DNA of 64,000 nucleotides from Cycas panzhihuaensis (lineage: Eukaryota; Plantae; Cycadophyta): positions 102,679,741-102,743,740 of the forward strand of contig CM041465.1 of NCBI GenBank assembly GCA_023213395.1, given 5' to 3'. Shown here in pieces: positions 1 to 14,338 of the stretch. The position numbers and the translations under genes were made by a program. Position 1 is the stretch's first letter. The number at the start of each line of letters is the position of its first letter. A model generated the notes under the pieces. It ran no database searches, was not told the DNA's origin, and saw only the letters and a list, made by a program, of their open reading frames with translations.

Positions 1-2754
1 AGAGTTACTAAAAAGATGAATAGGATTTTGCTAGAGAGATTAAGGAGTATGGTTAATGCTGCCAGTTTAGAGAAGAAATTCTAGGTTGATACTATAATTG
101 TAAGCTATCTGATAAACAATTCACCAATAATTGCCTTAGTATACAAAATGTTTGAAAAAGTATTGTCTGAAAAGTATCCATCTCTTGGTCATCTTAAAGT
201 TTTTAGTTATGAATCTTTTGTACATGTTCCTAGCCTGCAAATGATTATGCTTGATTTTAAAGTACAAAAGACTGTTTTCATTAGTTATGCTGATGGTATT
301 AAAGGGTATAAGCTTTATAACCCTAAAATACATAAAATTGTATATAGTCATAATGTTATCTTTAGAGAGGAGTTTAAGTCTCTAAAGTAGGATGAAGAAC
401 CAAAGGAGGAAGACTCTCAGAACGTATGGTTTAAAGTAAGAGATGAAGATTCAACATCAGAATATAAGTCAGATAAAGAGGATGGACTAGTTATGGAGGT
501 AGTCCAACCTTAAGAAACCCACATCTTAAGGAGAGTAACTCGTAAGAGAAGACAACCTAACATATATATTCCTAAAGACTTTTGTTATTCCTCTTTCATA
601 TTATCTACTATATATGATGATCTAAGTACTGTTCAAGAGGCTCTAGAATCAAAAGAGAGCTAACTTTAGATGAAGGACATAGAAAAAAAATGATAGCCTT
701 GGACAAAAATAATATATGAATTTGGTAGATCTTCCTAATGGTAGAAAACTTATTAATAATAAATAAATCTTCAAGAAGAAGTTTCGGGCATGTGGTATTA
801 TAGAAAAGTATAAGGCCTGCTTAGTAGGAAAAGGTTATTCCCAAGTCAAGGGAATAGATTTTGGTAAGGTGTTTTCTCATGTTATAAAGGTAGCTTAAAT
901 TAGATTTTGTTAGTTATAACACTTGCCTATAATCTTGAGATGGATCAAATGGATATAAAGATAGTGTTTCTTCATGATGACCTTGAAGAAGAAATTTATA
1001 TATTATAGCCTAAAGGTTTTGAAGTTGTGGGAAAGAAGAATATAGTATGCAGGTTAAAGAAGTCATTATATAGCTTAAAATAACCACTGAAGATGTGGTA
1101 TTGGAAGTTTGATTTATATATATTAGCAGATGGCCTTGTGCATAGTAAAGTAGATTATTGTATCTATTATAAATAGGTTGGTGATCACTTTATTATTCTG
1201 ACTTTATATATTGATGATATACTTTTATTTGGTAATAATAAAGAGATAAACTGACCTATAAAAGGTCAACTAGCATCTTATTTTGAGATAAATAACCTTG
1301 GTACTACATATTTTATTTTAGATAGTAAGATTAAAATGGATAGAAAAAATAAGAAGATTTAGCTTAGTCAAAGATAGTATATTAAAATAATACTATAGCA
1401 GTTCAGTTTATAGGATAACAAACCAATTAATATTTTTCTTCCTATTAGTTTAAAATTATTAGTTGAATAATACATGAAGACTTAGCAAAAAATTAAAGAT
1501 ATAATATTTATCCCTTATGCTAATACACTTAGTAGTTTAATGTGTATAATAGTTTACACTCAACCAGATATTGCTTATATAGTAGGAGTAGTTAGTAGGT
1601 ATATATCAAACCTAGGTAGGGAGCATTGGGTGGCTATGAAAAGGATTTTTAAGTATCTATAGGATACATCAGACTGAAATTTACTACCAAAGAGATCCCA
1701 TTGAGAGTAGAATAGTGAACCTGAGAGGATTCATCAATATTGATTAGGTTAGAGATCTTGACAGTAGAAGATCTACAAACAAATATGCTTTTACCCTTTG
1801 TAGTGGCATTGTCAGCTAGATGAGCAAAAGATAACAAGTTATAGTACTTTCTAATATAAAAGTAGAGCATATAGTAGTTATTCATGTATGCAAAGAAGTA
1901 GCTTGGTTATAAAGATTGTGTATAGATGTTAGCTTCAAGTAGGATGTTAGAAGTATAGATTGTAATAGTCAAAGTGTAATCTACATAGTGTAAAACCCTA
2001 CATTTTATACTTAGTCAAAGTATATTGATGCATAGTTCCATTTTTCAAGAGAAATAGTTCTCTATTACCAGGTGGAGTTATAAAATATTTCTACATAACA
2101 TAATATTAGAAACTCATTGACCAAGATTATTAGCATAAAAAAATTTAGATGGTATAGACAAATAATAAGTGTTTGTTATTTTGGCATTCAATAGTTTTAT
2201 ATGTAAGTTTCTTGTAAAGTGTTCAACAAGTGGGAGATTATTGGATATGTTGAACACTTTACAAATGTTACATAGGTATAGGTATTATATATAAACCTTT
2301 TAGTGGAATTTATGAGCCTTTTGTAGGGCCCTTAATTAGGGGGTTTAAGGGGCCAGTGTTCCCCCAATCATAGGTTTAGAGTTGGAAGCCCTCAAAAGAA
2401 AAAAAAAAAAAAAGGTATCTTATGGAGGTATTTTTTGATATGGTTTATGCCTATTTTATTATAAAATTATAAAGAAGTATCTTATAAATTTGTGTCTATA
2501 TATTCTTATGTAATGGTACATGTAAGAAGTTTAAATGAGTCATTGATAAGTTGATAACAAGAGTTTGAGTTTCCATCTCTATAATTCTTTAGTTGTTGCT
2601 TAGATTAATAAAAGTTCTATACTTAGACTAGAATCTCTTAGTGTTCTTTATTGTGTGCTTAGTTTATTTATGTTATTTGTTCTTTGTATGGTTTAGAGTT
2701 CTATTAATACATTACTTTTATGGTTACATTTTCTCTCTATTAACTCATCTAACA
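1..2754 (+). mobile_element. Decayed Ty1/copia retrotransposon, 3' half (integrase C-terminus, RT, RNase H, PPT, 3' LTR)
   Basis: ORF 148-390 has copia integrase-tail motifs (HLKVF..., KGYKLYNP). RT remnants (MDIKIVFLHDDLEEEIY, LYIDD) and RNase H remnants follow, with many stops. PPT AAGTGGGAGA at 2228-2237. Confidence 0.9.
2239..2754 (+). repeat. 3' LTR of the decayed copia
   Basis: Starts TATTGG (decayed TGTTGG) just after the PPT and ends CTAACA. Contains TATA-like and AATAAA motifs. Confidence 0.65.
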
Positions 2755-2775
2755 AATTAATAGCCAAACTTAGAC

Positions 2776-5760
2776 ACATACTCATTAAAAAGTTAATCTA
2801 AGCTATACTAAGCTATATTTAATTAGGTGTGAGTACATACCTTCACTTCCTTATTGTCATGATATCCATACTATTCTCAAATTACAATAAATAATCTCCA
2901 TCTTATCTCTTATTATTAGAAGTACTAAAAAAAGTTATTTTGTGGGATTGAATTAGTTTCAATCTATAATGTTGACTACCATTAATCCAAACCACTTTTT
3001 TACTCCTTCTCTTATTCCTATTCATAATCTATAAAGAAGTTGGTCCCAACAAAAGGTTAAACAAACCAAATTAATTCTTTATGGAGAGATGAATAGTAGG
3101 AAAGATATCTTTTAATTAGGTAAGTGTACTTATTTTCTTCCATAGAGTTTGGGCAATTCAAGGCATTCCTTTGATATCAAAATTTCCCAAGTGTAACAAA
3201 AATATTGCTAGAATTTTAATATATTTCTAAAGTTGCTTTCAATTTTTTCTCTTAAGCATAATAGTTTGAATGTTAAATGTTATTGCTCATTTGATTAATT
3301 AACTTCTTTCTAAAGTGGTCGTAATTAAAAGAGGGTGAATCTATTACTTCATAGCTTCATTACAATATACTTACCTTATCTTCATCTTTTAGTAACTCTC
3401 TTTTTTGTCCTTAAGTTTATACAAGCAAAGAAAAGAAAGGGAATGAGCTTTCACTTACATTTCTTTTTGAATTATTGATTCATCATTCTTCCTAATTCAC
3501 TCACAAAAAGAGAAGATAGGAAGTGGATATTTAACTTGGAATCAAAATTTATGATTGCATGTTTTTAGATTGTCATGTTCTTTGATTTTCTACTAAGTCA
3601 TAAAAGATTGTAAAAGAAATGAAAAAATAGCAACCTAGATAACCATAAGTGTAATGAAAGAACTTAGAATCTTTTTTTACTTATGTGCTTAGTTTCTTTC
3701 TTTTACAATCTATATAAGGAAGGCAAACAAAATAAAGGAAAGGAATTGTATCCATTTATGCATGATTTAATTATTGTGTTGTATGCATAATTATTATTTA
3801 CATTCAATCTTAAATTGTATGTTAGAATAATGTGTAAGTATGGATTGCCTTTATTTGCACCCATAATATAGATTACATTCCTTTGTTTAGAACTTACTTG
3901 ATTACTCAAGAGTTGGCATCCCTAATGTATAAGCTCATCCTCTCCTAGGGGCAAATACTTCTCATTATTAGAAGTCTTTTGATCAACTAGAATTTAACAT
4001 CCTTGGTATGCAAACTACTCCTTCCTTGAGATTATTTTCTTTCTAGTCATATTTTAAATGCTAAAGGAGGTGGCTTTCTATTATCCTTTAAGTTGAGAGC
4101 AACTTCCCTTTTATAACTTCACCTCTAAGTGTGAAAACTCATCAGAGTTGGATGTAGGCATCCCTAAGCAGATCATCCTCACAGATGGATCATCATTGAG
4201 TGAAAGAGTCTCCAATGGCCAACCCTTAATAGGTTCATTAATGTAAGGTTTGAGCTCTCCTAGGTCTCCATACTCATTAATCATTTTTATCTATAGTTAG
4301 TGTGGTATAAATTATTCCTTTTTAGGTGGAAATAAAGGTCTAGGTTAGAGTTTTATCCATAGGAAGGCTTTTTGGATAGAAATATGGGAAGCCTAGTATG
4401 TTTACTTTAGAGTAAGGACCTCAAATAATCCTTCCATATATTAGAATGTTTCTTATGACTTCCCTTGAGTGAAGGAGGCTTTTATTTAACTTGTTTGATT
4501 AATATAAGTACCTACCCTTTTAAAAAATAGATAAGTTAAAGTCAACTACATTAATATTACTCACAGAAAAAAGGTCTAAACAAGTAAGCTAAATATATTA
4601 ATGTTATAAATAAGAGGAAGAGGAGGATGAGATGTTTCTTATAGAGGTATTGAGAAATAATTTTTTAGCTCATTGAGCTTGCATGGACAACTATAAATCC
4701 ATTGACTATAGTTAGAATCATCATCATCTAAAAACATGCACATTCATCTAATAAACCAATAATGTAAACAATAACATATACTTGAAAAATGACTAAACTA
4801 TGCTAAGTTAGAAAGTGAGTGGCATATACCTTCATTTACCTATTAGTGTTATGTATGTAAAGCTCTTAGATTACAAAAATTAGAAGGTACAAATTAATCT
4901 AAAACTTTATGTACACAAAGATCCTAAAGCTATAGAAAAGATATGATGGATCTTCACATGAATATGCTATAAACTTGTAAGAATCCATCTTAAAATGAAA
5001 GGATTGGATGAAGTAAATAAAAGAAATCAGCAACACAATGTCTTTTGAAACCCAACTAGCAAGTCCCTAGTATGGTCACTAGTAGATCATGATAAGTGAG
5101 AGGAGAGGACAAGTAATAAGGCCCAATAGTAGACATAAAGGGTGAGGGGATGTCTGAGTTGAGAGCAGCGTGAGTATATGTCCCTCAAGAGGGTATTCAT
5201 GCATCTTGCAGATATAAGTGTGAGAATAAAAATATTAGAATTCTTAATTCTCTAATACCTTATTAGAATGTACTCATTATGCATAGTAGAAGTATATTAA
5301 TTAAGTATAATAAATTAATCATATTATAAGGATTGTATATATAAATGATGTATTATAATATAAACATATCAAGTAATATCATAAACATAATATAATATCA
5401 TATTAACAAGCGTATACCATAAGAGACAATAGATTTATACATGGAAAACCTAAGATGGAAAAAATCATGGGTGAAGGTTGAAGTTAGGAGCTCTAATTTA
5501 TTATGATCTCCAAATGATTACATCTCCAATCTTAGTCCTTTCTCAACCTTTCTCAAGTAGATAGATCTATGACATTAATAACTATATTAAGAAGAGTCAT
5601 AGCACCCTTTAGTAGAGTACCTATTAGTAAAGCCATTATTAGGTCCAGCTCATGTACCACTAAGAAAAGCACATAGGCATAAAGAAGCTAGCCTATGTAT
5701 CTAATGCTTAAAGAAGTACACCCATAGTCATGGCAGAGTCTACAAAACTAAGTACATCAT
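2776..5760 (-). mobile_element. Highly decayed copia-type 5' end (LTR ~5261-5760, Met-PBS relic, gag N-terminal remnant)
   Basis: TCTCTAATACCT at 5249-5260 resembles the reverse of TGGTATCAGAGC. Minus-strand LDDDDSNYSQW near 4700-4730 resembles a copia gag N-terminus. An internal ~110-bp direct repeat lies at ~2776-2887 and ~4772-4877. Confidence 0.45.
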
Positions 5761-5859
5761 ATTCACCATTGACCTTGGCCTGTTTTATGAAAAAGTTTTA
5801 AACTCTAACCATAAAACCAACGAAGAACCACCCCTAGAGCCTTCCCCAACCCCTAAGCT

Positions 5860-8800
5860 AGAAGTGTCTTTGTTCATTATCTTCTTTGTCCCTTGCCCTA
5901 AACCATTTCATGTAAAGGGTACACTTCAAAAAAAAACCTATTACTATTTTGATTGATAGTTATATGTCACTTAACTTCATTGATATATCCTTGGATAAGC
6001 AACTTAACCTATATATTATACCTAAAATTGGGTTCATTAACTTCATACCAAGATATCACACTCTTTATTATATATGAACAATAAAGAATTTAGATATTTA
6101 GATTAACACCTACAATTTGGCCTTGGATTTATATGCCTTATCTATTAGTGGGTTAGATGTTATCCTTAAAGTTTAATGGCTATAAACTCTTGGAACTTAT
6201 AGTACTAATAACTCCCCTAATAATCTATTCATATTATTCAAAGATAATATAGGATAGACACACAAACCTTATAGTCTTCAACCTCCCCTTAACAAGCTTA
6301 TCTCTACAAATTAGATATACAAATAATTGAATAATAGTATTGCATATATAGTGCGCATTAATAATATTCAATCATATATAGACATCTACCTAGATATCCA
6401 ATGCATCCTTGTTAAGTACTAGTCTTCCTTTATCCCTTTTTCAAATAGTCCTTGTTCCCAACCCCCCCCCACCCCCCCCCCAAAAAAAAAAAAACAAAAT
6501 CATGGTTGTTACCACACCATTGATCTCAAAACCTCCCACAATCCCATAAGCTTTATGTTATATCAAAATTTTTATTTAAAAAAAAAAAGTATTAAAAAGT
6601 TAATAGACATGGATTTTATACAACCAGACAAAAGCCTATATGCCTTTCATATTGTCCTCATTTATAAAAGAGATGGCTTGTTTCAACTTTGTGTTGATTA
6701 CTAAGAACTTAACCAAGTTCACCATAAAAAATAAGTTCCCAACCCTAAGGATTAACAACATACTAGATGAAATCCATGGGGCTACCATATTCTCCAAATT
6801 AGATTTTTAATCAAACTACTACTAAATCCCTGTTACCCTTAAAGTTTAGCATAAGATGACCTTCCAAATACATCATGTCCATTTTAAATTCCAAGTCACA
6901 CCCTTTGGCCTATATAATGCTCCAAGAACATTTCAAGTCTTAATGAATAAGATATTCTCCACCTACCTTCAAAATTTATCATTATCTTCTTTGATAACGT
7001 ACTTATTTATAGTTTTGGCATGTCTCTTCACCTCTAACATTTAGACATTACCCTTTAGGTCCTTACCCAACATTAACTTTATATTAAGCTATCCAAATAT
7101 AAATTTGATAAAACTAAGTAACAATACTTAGTCCATATCATTTTTTCATAGGGCATCTATATTGAACCTAACAAATTCTCATTCATTACTAACAAGCCTG
7201 CCCTAAAAATCTCACCTAGTTACATGCTTTCTTGGGGCTCATAAGATTCTACTAAAGATTTGTTAAGAATTATGCTTCCTTTGATCCTCATTAACTAATC
7301 TACTCTATAAGGACTCATTTCTATAGTAAAAAACTACAAATGATGCCTTCAATTACCTTAAAATAATCATGATAACCATCCTAGTCCTTGCCATCCTAGA
7401 TTTCTCCCAACCTTCTCAGTTAGATTGTGATGATTAGGGATTTGATTTAGGTGTTGTGCTCATGCAGAACTTCCACCCAATTATGTTAAAGAGCTAGAAA
7501 CTCAAAGATCATGAATGTCAGTTATCCACATACCAAAAAGAAATGAAAATTATCCTACATGTTATGGACAAATGGCACTAATGTCTACTTGGTTTAAATT
7601 TAGTATTTTAACATGCCATCATAGCCACATTTACCTTCTAGACCAGATAATTTTATTTGATAAGCAAGCTAAATGGATTAATCACCTTTAGGTCTTTGAC
7701 TTCACTATCACCTAAAAGAAAGGAAAGGATATTGTGGTTGTAGATTCCCTCTCTTGCCTTTCCCCGAGACCCACTAGACATACAATCTTTAAGCCACAAC
7801 TAATGTGGGTACAAGAACTAGCCATTGATAACTAGGGCCAACCTAATTTTGCCAAATAAACAAACAATTTCCATAGTCAAAAGGATTAGTCCATACATAA
7901 CAACCACCTCTTATATAAGAATCATATATTTGTCCATCTTATATTTCCCTCCATTCCTCATATCTTATCTAAGTATCACTCTACCCCCTTAAGAGGCCAT
8001 TCTGGATTTAATAAAATATAGCATCGTATTTGATCTGATTTTTACTAACTACACAAAGTCATTTATCTTTATATTTATCTCTGAGCACAATACATGCTAA
8101 TAAAATAATACAAATATTAAGGTCCAACTAGGCCTCCTCCAACCCCTTCATATTTCTGAAAACAAATGATAAGATATCACAATGGATTTCATCACAGGCC
8201 TACTATCATACACTAGGTATAACTCTATTTTAGTAATTATTAATAAATTAAGGATGTATATTTCTTACCCACTCACACATCTTATAAAGAGTCCTACCTC
8301 AAGAACTTACACATCCATTCTATTTTCTATCTTTATGAATTTTCGTCAATAATAGTTTACGATAGAGAACCCAAATTTACTAGCTTGTTTTGGTAAGAAC
8401 TCTTTCATGCATCATGGACTTCATTCAACATGAGTTCATACTACCATCCATAAATTAATGGTCAATCATAAGTTCTTAATAAAACTCTAGTAATATACCA
8501 GCATTGCTTTGCTTTTAAACACTAAAATATATAGACTTTTTAGTTAACTCTTGTAAAATATTGGTATAATTAATCTTATCACTTGCCTATTAACATGTCT
8601 CTTTTATGGTTGTCTATAGTTATCCCCTACCATATCACCACATATTGACAACCAATCTTTGAATGGCTATAGTCTAACAAAAGTTCCAAGACATAGGCCA
8701 AGTCCTTCATATCCTCAAACAATACCTGGTGTTAGCTCAAAACTATATGAAGCAACTTGTTAAGTGCCACCATTCTAATCAATCATTTTCTATTGGTGGC

Positions 8801-9570
8801 CTAGTTCCCCACTACCTTCAACCCTATAAGCAATAATCCCTTAATAAGAATAAAAACTATAAGCTTATTTCTTGTTACTATGGTCCATATAAGATACTCT
8901 AGTGTATTAGTGAAGTTGCATATGTCTTAAAACTCCCTCCCAATATGAAGATCCATAATGTTCTCCACGTCTCATATCTTAAAAAGGATCTTGGCAAATA
9001 TGTTATTCCCCAGATTGTTCAGCTAGTCCTTAGCGAAGACCAACTCTTGATTATCCCACTAGACCATATCTTAAATTATCAATAATCTTGCCTCTATAAC
9101 AAGACCATCTTTGAGTATCTAGTGTATTGTTTTAATTATAACCCTGAGAAAATAACATGGGAATTGGTTGAATTTGTTAAGCAACATCCACATCTTTTCC
9201 ACTTCAAGGATTCAGCATCTCAAGGGAGGGGACCTATTACATAACACTTTGTTATCAACAAAACCTAATTGTTAGCATGTAACTAAGAGACCTAGATGTT
9301 AAAGAGCTAGCTATTAACTTTTATGCATAAGTTGTTTACTCTCACCATTAAAATTAGAGGTCACTTGCACCACCAATGGAATCTGGTGGAAGAGGCCTTG
9401 GTTATTTATATAAGGCCCTAACGAATGTAATCAGGGTATTGTATATTGAACTCATATGTAATTGCACACTACAATACATCTTTGGCACTCTTTGAGTATC
9501 CTTGTAAGTGTCCATTATCTATAATTATGTTCTCATTAATAATAAAGAGAGACCATTATTGCCCATAATA
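5860..9570 (+). mobile_element. Decayed Ty3/gypsy chromovirus (Reina-like) pol plus 3' LTR
   Basis: Domain order is protease (ITILIDS ~5940), RT (LCVDY, PFGLYNAPRTFQ in ORF 6856-7044), RNase H, integrase (YYGPYKI ~8880) and chromodomain remnant (EYLVYC...ITWE ~9110-9165). PPT AAGGGAGGGGA at 9222-9232. Confidence 0.85.
9235..9570 (+). repeat. 3' LTR of the chromovirus
   Basis: Ends TATTAC...CATAATA (decayed TG...CA). TATTTATATAAG at ~9403 and AATAAA at 9541. Confidence 0.65.
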
Positions 9571-9579
9571 TGTCCTTTA

Positions 9580-10947
9580 AATTTGTTGAACTTATTATTT
9601 TGTGAAACAATCCAAAGCAAAGTGTCCTATCATACCTACTTCAAACTTATCCAAACCATAACTTGTGCCTCAAAATATCTCATCAACAATCATTTATTTT
9701 TGCATTGTCATTAATATTTATCAACCTTCAATATGTTAATTTTATAACAAAGGGAATTTATAAACCCTTACTATATCTTTTGCCTAACAATGATAATCAT
9801 GCTAAATAGGTATCTTTAATGCCTTCATGTTTGAAGCCTAACTTCAATTACTTTAAAATTCTTCATAAGCATACCTTAAATATCAATACCAAATACTTGA
9901 TTCATCTTACCGCTAATATACCATAATATCTGCCTTCAAGTTGTTATATGTTAAAACTGACATAGACATGCAGCATGTTTTACATTTATATTGATGAAGT
10001 AGTGACTTACAATTTGCTCTTACTGGGTGATCAATCTTACTTGGGTGGTCATCTTGTGGACGCACCTCATAAACTTACATGTCTTGAATATGGTACTATA
10101 TACATAATAAATATCCATAATAAATAAATGATATTACCTATTAGTCTTGTAACTCTCTTCATGTAGCTTCATCACCAATTTCATCATGCACTTATAACAT
10201 GGCCATATATCATCAATATAACCTAATATTTGGCTTATTAAATATGCAAAGTCCTCATATCGATTCATATTGGCTCAATATTAGCTCTTATACAATACAT
10301 TTATATCCTCAAAGAGTAAAGGTTGTTACCATGTACGTGTGGTCTTCAACCTACTCTGTTAACATGCTATTACTTCTTACGTCGACTACATAACTCTCTC
10401 CTTAGGACCTCCTCAACTGCACTTCACTTCACCTTGGCTCTAATACCATGCTAAAATTTATTATACACCTTATGCAAAAGCTATGATACTATATTAAATT
10501 TTCTGAAACAACTTATATAGAAGTGTGTAATCATATAGGAGTAAATATAATATCGTGTGATTAATTAAGTATATAATGAATATAATAAATGAATAAATAC
10601 AAAGAGTTAATTATGAAAACATCATATGTAATACCATGTTCAACGTGAAAAACTTATGAATGGGAAAAAACACTTCCAAATATATATGAGGTCTCACATT
10701 AAAAAAGAATAATCAATGATCCTCACGGTGAGTCATCCTAGCCTCACAAGGAGGACTAGGTAATTTTATTTTCCTTACAATATGCATTGTCCTTATATAG
10801 ATGTGTAATCTTATTAACATCTAATCGCATTTCACCATTACATCAACCTATCAAATTATGTATGAGAAAACCTTTCACATCGACCAATTATCACTAGACT
10901 ATTAATTAAACATTACATCGATAACTATGAAATTCAATATTTCAATA
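9580..10947 (-). mobile_element. Decayed copia-type 5' end: LTR 10449-10947 and Met-PBS 10437-10448
   Basis: GCTCTAATACCA is directly followed by TGCTAA. The LTR is homologous to copies at 14940-15070, 15108-15599 and 16119-16295. Confidence 0.6.
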
Positions 10948-12329
10948 GTCATATTTTATTAGCAATGCCAAGTATCTTATTTAAATATGATTTATGTTTT
11001 AGTATAATATGCAACCTCCCTATGATTAGTTGAGCTTGAACAGTAACAAAACCATAAGACTAACAAATTATATGATATTCTGGAAGCCAAAAGACATTTT
11101 AAATGCAAATGTGTATTAACTACTTTTAATATTTGTGCATGGGATTTAATGTAATAAAGAGAAAAAAAATAAAGAAGCAAAACTATGCATTTTGCATATA
11201 ACATACCATGAATGAAATTAAATATGCTTTTGAGATTTTCCAAAGTTAGGACTTAATATTTATATCAAATCAAAAACTAAAGACCTACTTTTTATGGAAA
11301 ATACAAATGAATAAAATATAAATAAAATGAAATAGTACTTAAAATCTCTATAAGTTAACTTAAGAAAGCATTCACATAAAATTTTTGGATAAGAAACTTA
11401 TCAATAGAAAGTATTAGATTGCTCATAAAATATTCTCCTTCTAGCCAACTTGGATCACTCTTTCAAGAATTTGCACCTTAGCTTAAGTAATGATATGAAT
11501 TTAGAAAATTTCCATAAGAATTTTTATGATAACGACTCTATGGCTCAAGAATAACACTATGGCTTAATAATACTTGTGGTAAGGTGGAGTCACACCATAC
11601 CAAGAACCCTTGGAGTCATACCAATGATGTGTAGTTAACCTAGATTCTACCACAAGAGGAAATCCTTGATATCACACTAAGGTAAAAGTGTATTCTCATA
11701 TTAGCTATGGATCCTACCATAATCACCTTGGAATCACACCAAGGCTCTTTATAGTCACCCCAAGGTCAGGCACATACACTCATAAAAGCCAAAGCAGTAG
11801 CATGCTCATGCTAGCATGTTTTTCATATTATATACCATTCTAGATCATTTGAAGACTTTAAGTCATATCAAGACTTGGTAGCTACATATACAAATGATAG
11901 AAAAAACTATCTTAAGTTGTAAAATCAAATCTCAAGCACTTTATATGGAAGAAACATTATCTCTCATTCTATTTCTTCTCTCCAACTTGTTAAATCCAAA
12001 CTCTAAGGGTTGTGAAATAAATAGAAACTTAAAAAACGTGGATGAAAAATGAAGAACATAAAGAGAAGGGGTAAGAATCCTCAACAATTATAGAAACATA
12101 GCCTATATCTACTAATCCTTAAGGATATAGAACTTGGATACCTCCATAACATAACTTAGAATATAAAGGATGAAGAGCAGAAGTATAAAGAAGATAAGAT
12201 AAAAAAGGAGAACAGAGAATAAAAGAGTGCTCCCAAGCATATATATGAAGAATGAAGAAGGAAATGATGAAGTCCCAAGCTTTGATATAAAGAATAAAGG
12301 GCTAAGCCTCATTTTATAATTTGGTTCAT

Positions 12330-12625
12330 AGGTGATTAGGAAAAATTCCTCCTCCTAATCTTATTCTAGAAGTAATTAAGAGGTGATGGTAGTATTTTCC
12401 ACCTTGTGATTATATTCTAGAGGTGATTAAGAGGTAGTTAGAAGGTTTTCCACCACCTAATCATACTCAAGAGTGATTAGGAACTTATTAGAAATAAAAT
12501 CATCTTCTAATTATACTTTTGAAGTGATTAAGAGGTGATTAAAGAATTTTCCATCTTCTAATCATGTTCTAAAAGTGACTAAGAGGTGATTAAAAGGTTC
12601 TCAATCTCTTAATAACATTTTAATA
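12330..12625. repeat. Imperfect tandem array, ~51-bp unit, ~5.7 copies, probably in the U3 of a decayed minus-strand LTR
   Basis: Units start at ~12330, 12381, 12432, 12482, 12533 and 12584 (AGGTGATTA...TTTTCCA.C..CTAATCAT..TCTAGA.GTGATTAAG). A minus-strand TATAAAA lies at 12312-12318. Confidence 0.8.
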
Positions 12626-14338
12626 GTGTAGCATATGGGTCATGGTCTCATACATCCCATAATCAATCTTACAAAACATTATTGGCTAGGTGGTTTTCAA
12701 GGCAGCATCTCCTTACCAAGGGCTTTTAATTTTTAATTCTCTCAATCTTACTTTTAGAAAGCTTTTAACCTTATGATCTTTTTCTCCTAATATTCACTAT
12801 TCATGTTCATATCACGGTTGTCCCATAATTTTTCAGCAAGCAATCTAGCTACTTTGCTTATGAAATTAAACATTATATCATTTATATGTATCTGCTACTT
12901 GACACTCTAATATCACATAGCATTGAAATTTCAACACATAAAACATATAAAGGTTCATTCCTTGCACTTAATGGAGCATTTCACTAGGCTTCCATTTTTA
13001 TAAGCAATGGTTTTTTTGTCATGACATGAAATAAAACATAATATGATGAAGTGCACAATAATGAATAAGATAAGATAATGAATAACGAGTAGGATATCAT
13101 ATGCATGTAGGAAATTGGAAGGCCATCAAAGAATTCCAATAGTAAGCAAAATATGAGGCCATCATCTCTTATTCGATGGTAAGAGGGAGTCATTGGTACA
13201 AGAGCATTCCTAAATAACATAAACCATATAGTAGTAAGAAGAACATCCCATAATCATACATAAGTTATGATAAAAGTATTTCTCCTAGTATTCTACAAAG
13301 AACACTTTCATCTAAAATAGATGTAGGGACATTCATATTGAAGAAAATAATAGGTGCAGATCAAGTAGGCATCCCGTAAGTATATACCAAAGATGTTAAT
13401 TATGGGTTTTTATTAACAAACTCTTCACAAGTCAATGGTATGACTAACCAAGATTATATTTCATAAATAGGAAATATGGAGACTCTGTAGATGGGTATTC
13501 AAGATTGGACTGTAGTAGCAAGTTAACAATTGCTAACCAAATCCAAGCTAATGATCTCCTTTCTTCTTAATTCACATATTTCGTCTAATGGCTTTGTTAA
13601 TTCCATTCATGGACCTTTCCAACATAACCAACCATCCACTCAAATCTCCTTCTCGACCTAATAACTTATTAATGCTTATTTTCCTTAGCCCCCTTGAAAG
13701 TACCTATTTAATAATACCAACCAAACCTTCTAGTAATTTCCCTCCACTAATACCCATCTACCTAATCATTCCTTGCCCCCTAACATGCTTTATACTCCAT
13801 GGTATGGATATTAGGTTGCTTATACCCACACCTACCATTAGTACTAGGCTTATTATAAGGCCCTCTATTTGTATTATAATAATGCCCACCTTTACCTAAT
13901 TTACCATCTACCTATCCACATTGCAATTTTAATTGTGCCATTATCCATGATCATTCATAATGTTATTGCCTTACCAAAGTATATATGTTCGACTCCAATC
14001 CTATCATTCTTGAATTTCCTCTTGATTTTGAATCTTCTTATTAGAGATATATCAAAATCCTTTCTTATTGTATCATCCTCCTCTAACATAACCTGCAACT
14101 CATCTTATCACTTTACCTCCCCTTATATAATCTATCCCAGTATTTTTTCCTACCCGACCCTCCTAAAAATAATCTCTAATCAGTACTCTTCCCACTCCCT
14201 CTCCCTTAGATACCCTCTTACTATACTCAATCTTAGGTTACCCCACTTCAACTTTTTTCTGTATGGATTTTTTCCCAATTGTAGCTAATCATTTCTCCTC
14301 TTTTATTAAAGTAATAGTCTCTCAACATTTTTCACTTA

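Noticed and set aside
6461-6494. Poly-C / poly-A run inside the chromovirus pol
   Set aside because: A simple homopolymer expansion at a proline-codon-rich site with no further structure.
12330-12625. CRISPR-like repeat array
   Set aside because: The units are degenerate along their whole length with no unique spacers, there are no cas genes, and the context is eukaryotic TE DNA.
12984-14330. ORFs 13588-13899, 13869-14288 and 12984-13220
   Set aside because: Low-complexity Ile/Leu/Pro-rich translations of decayed, probably TE-derived DNA. I could not assign any domain.
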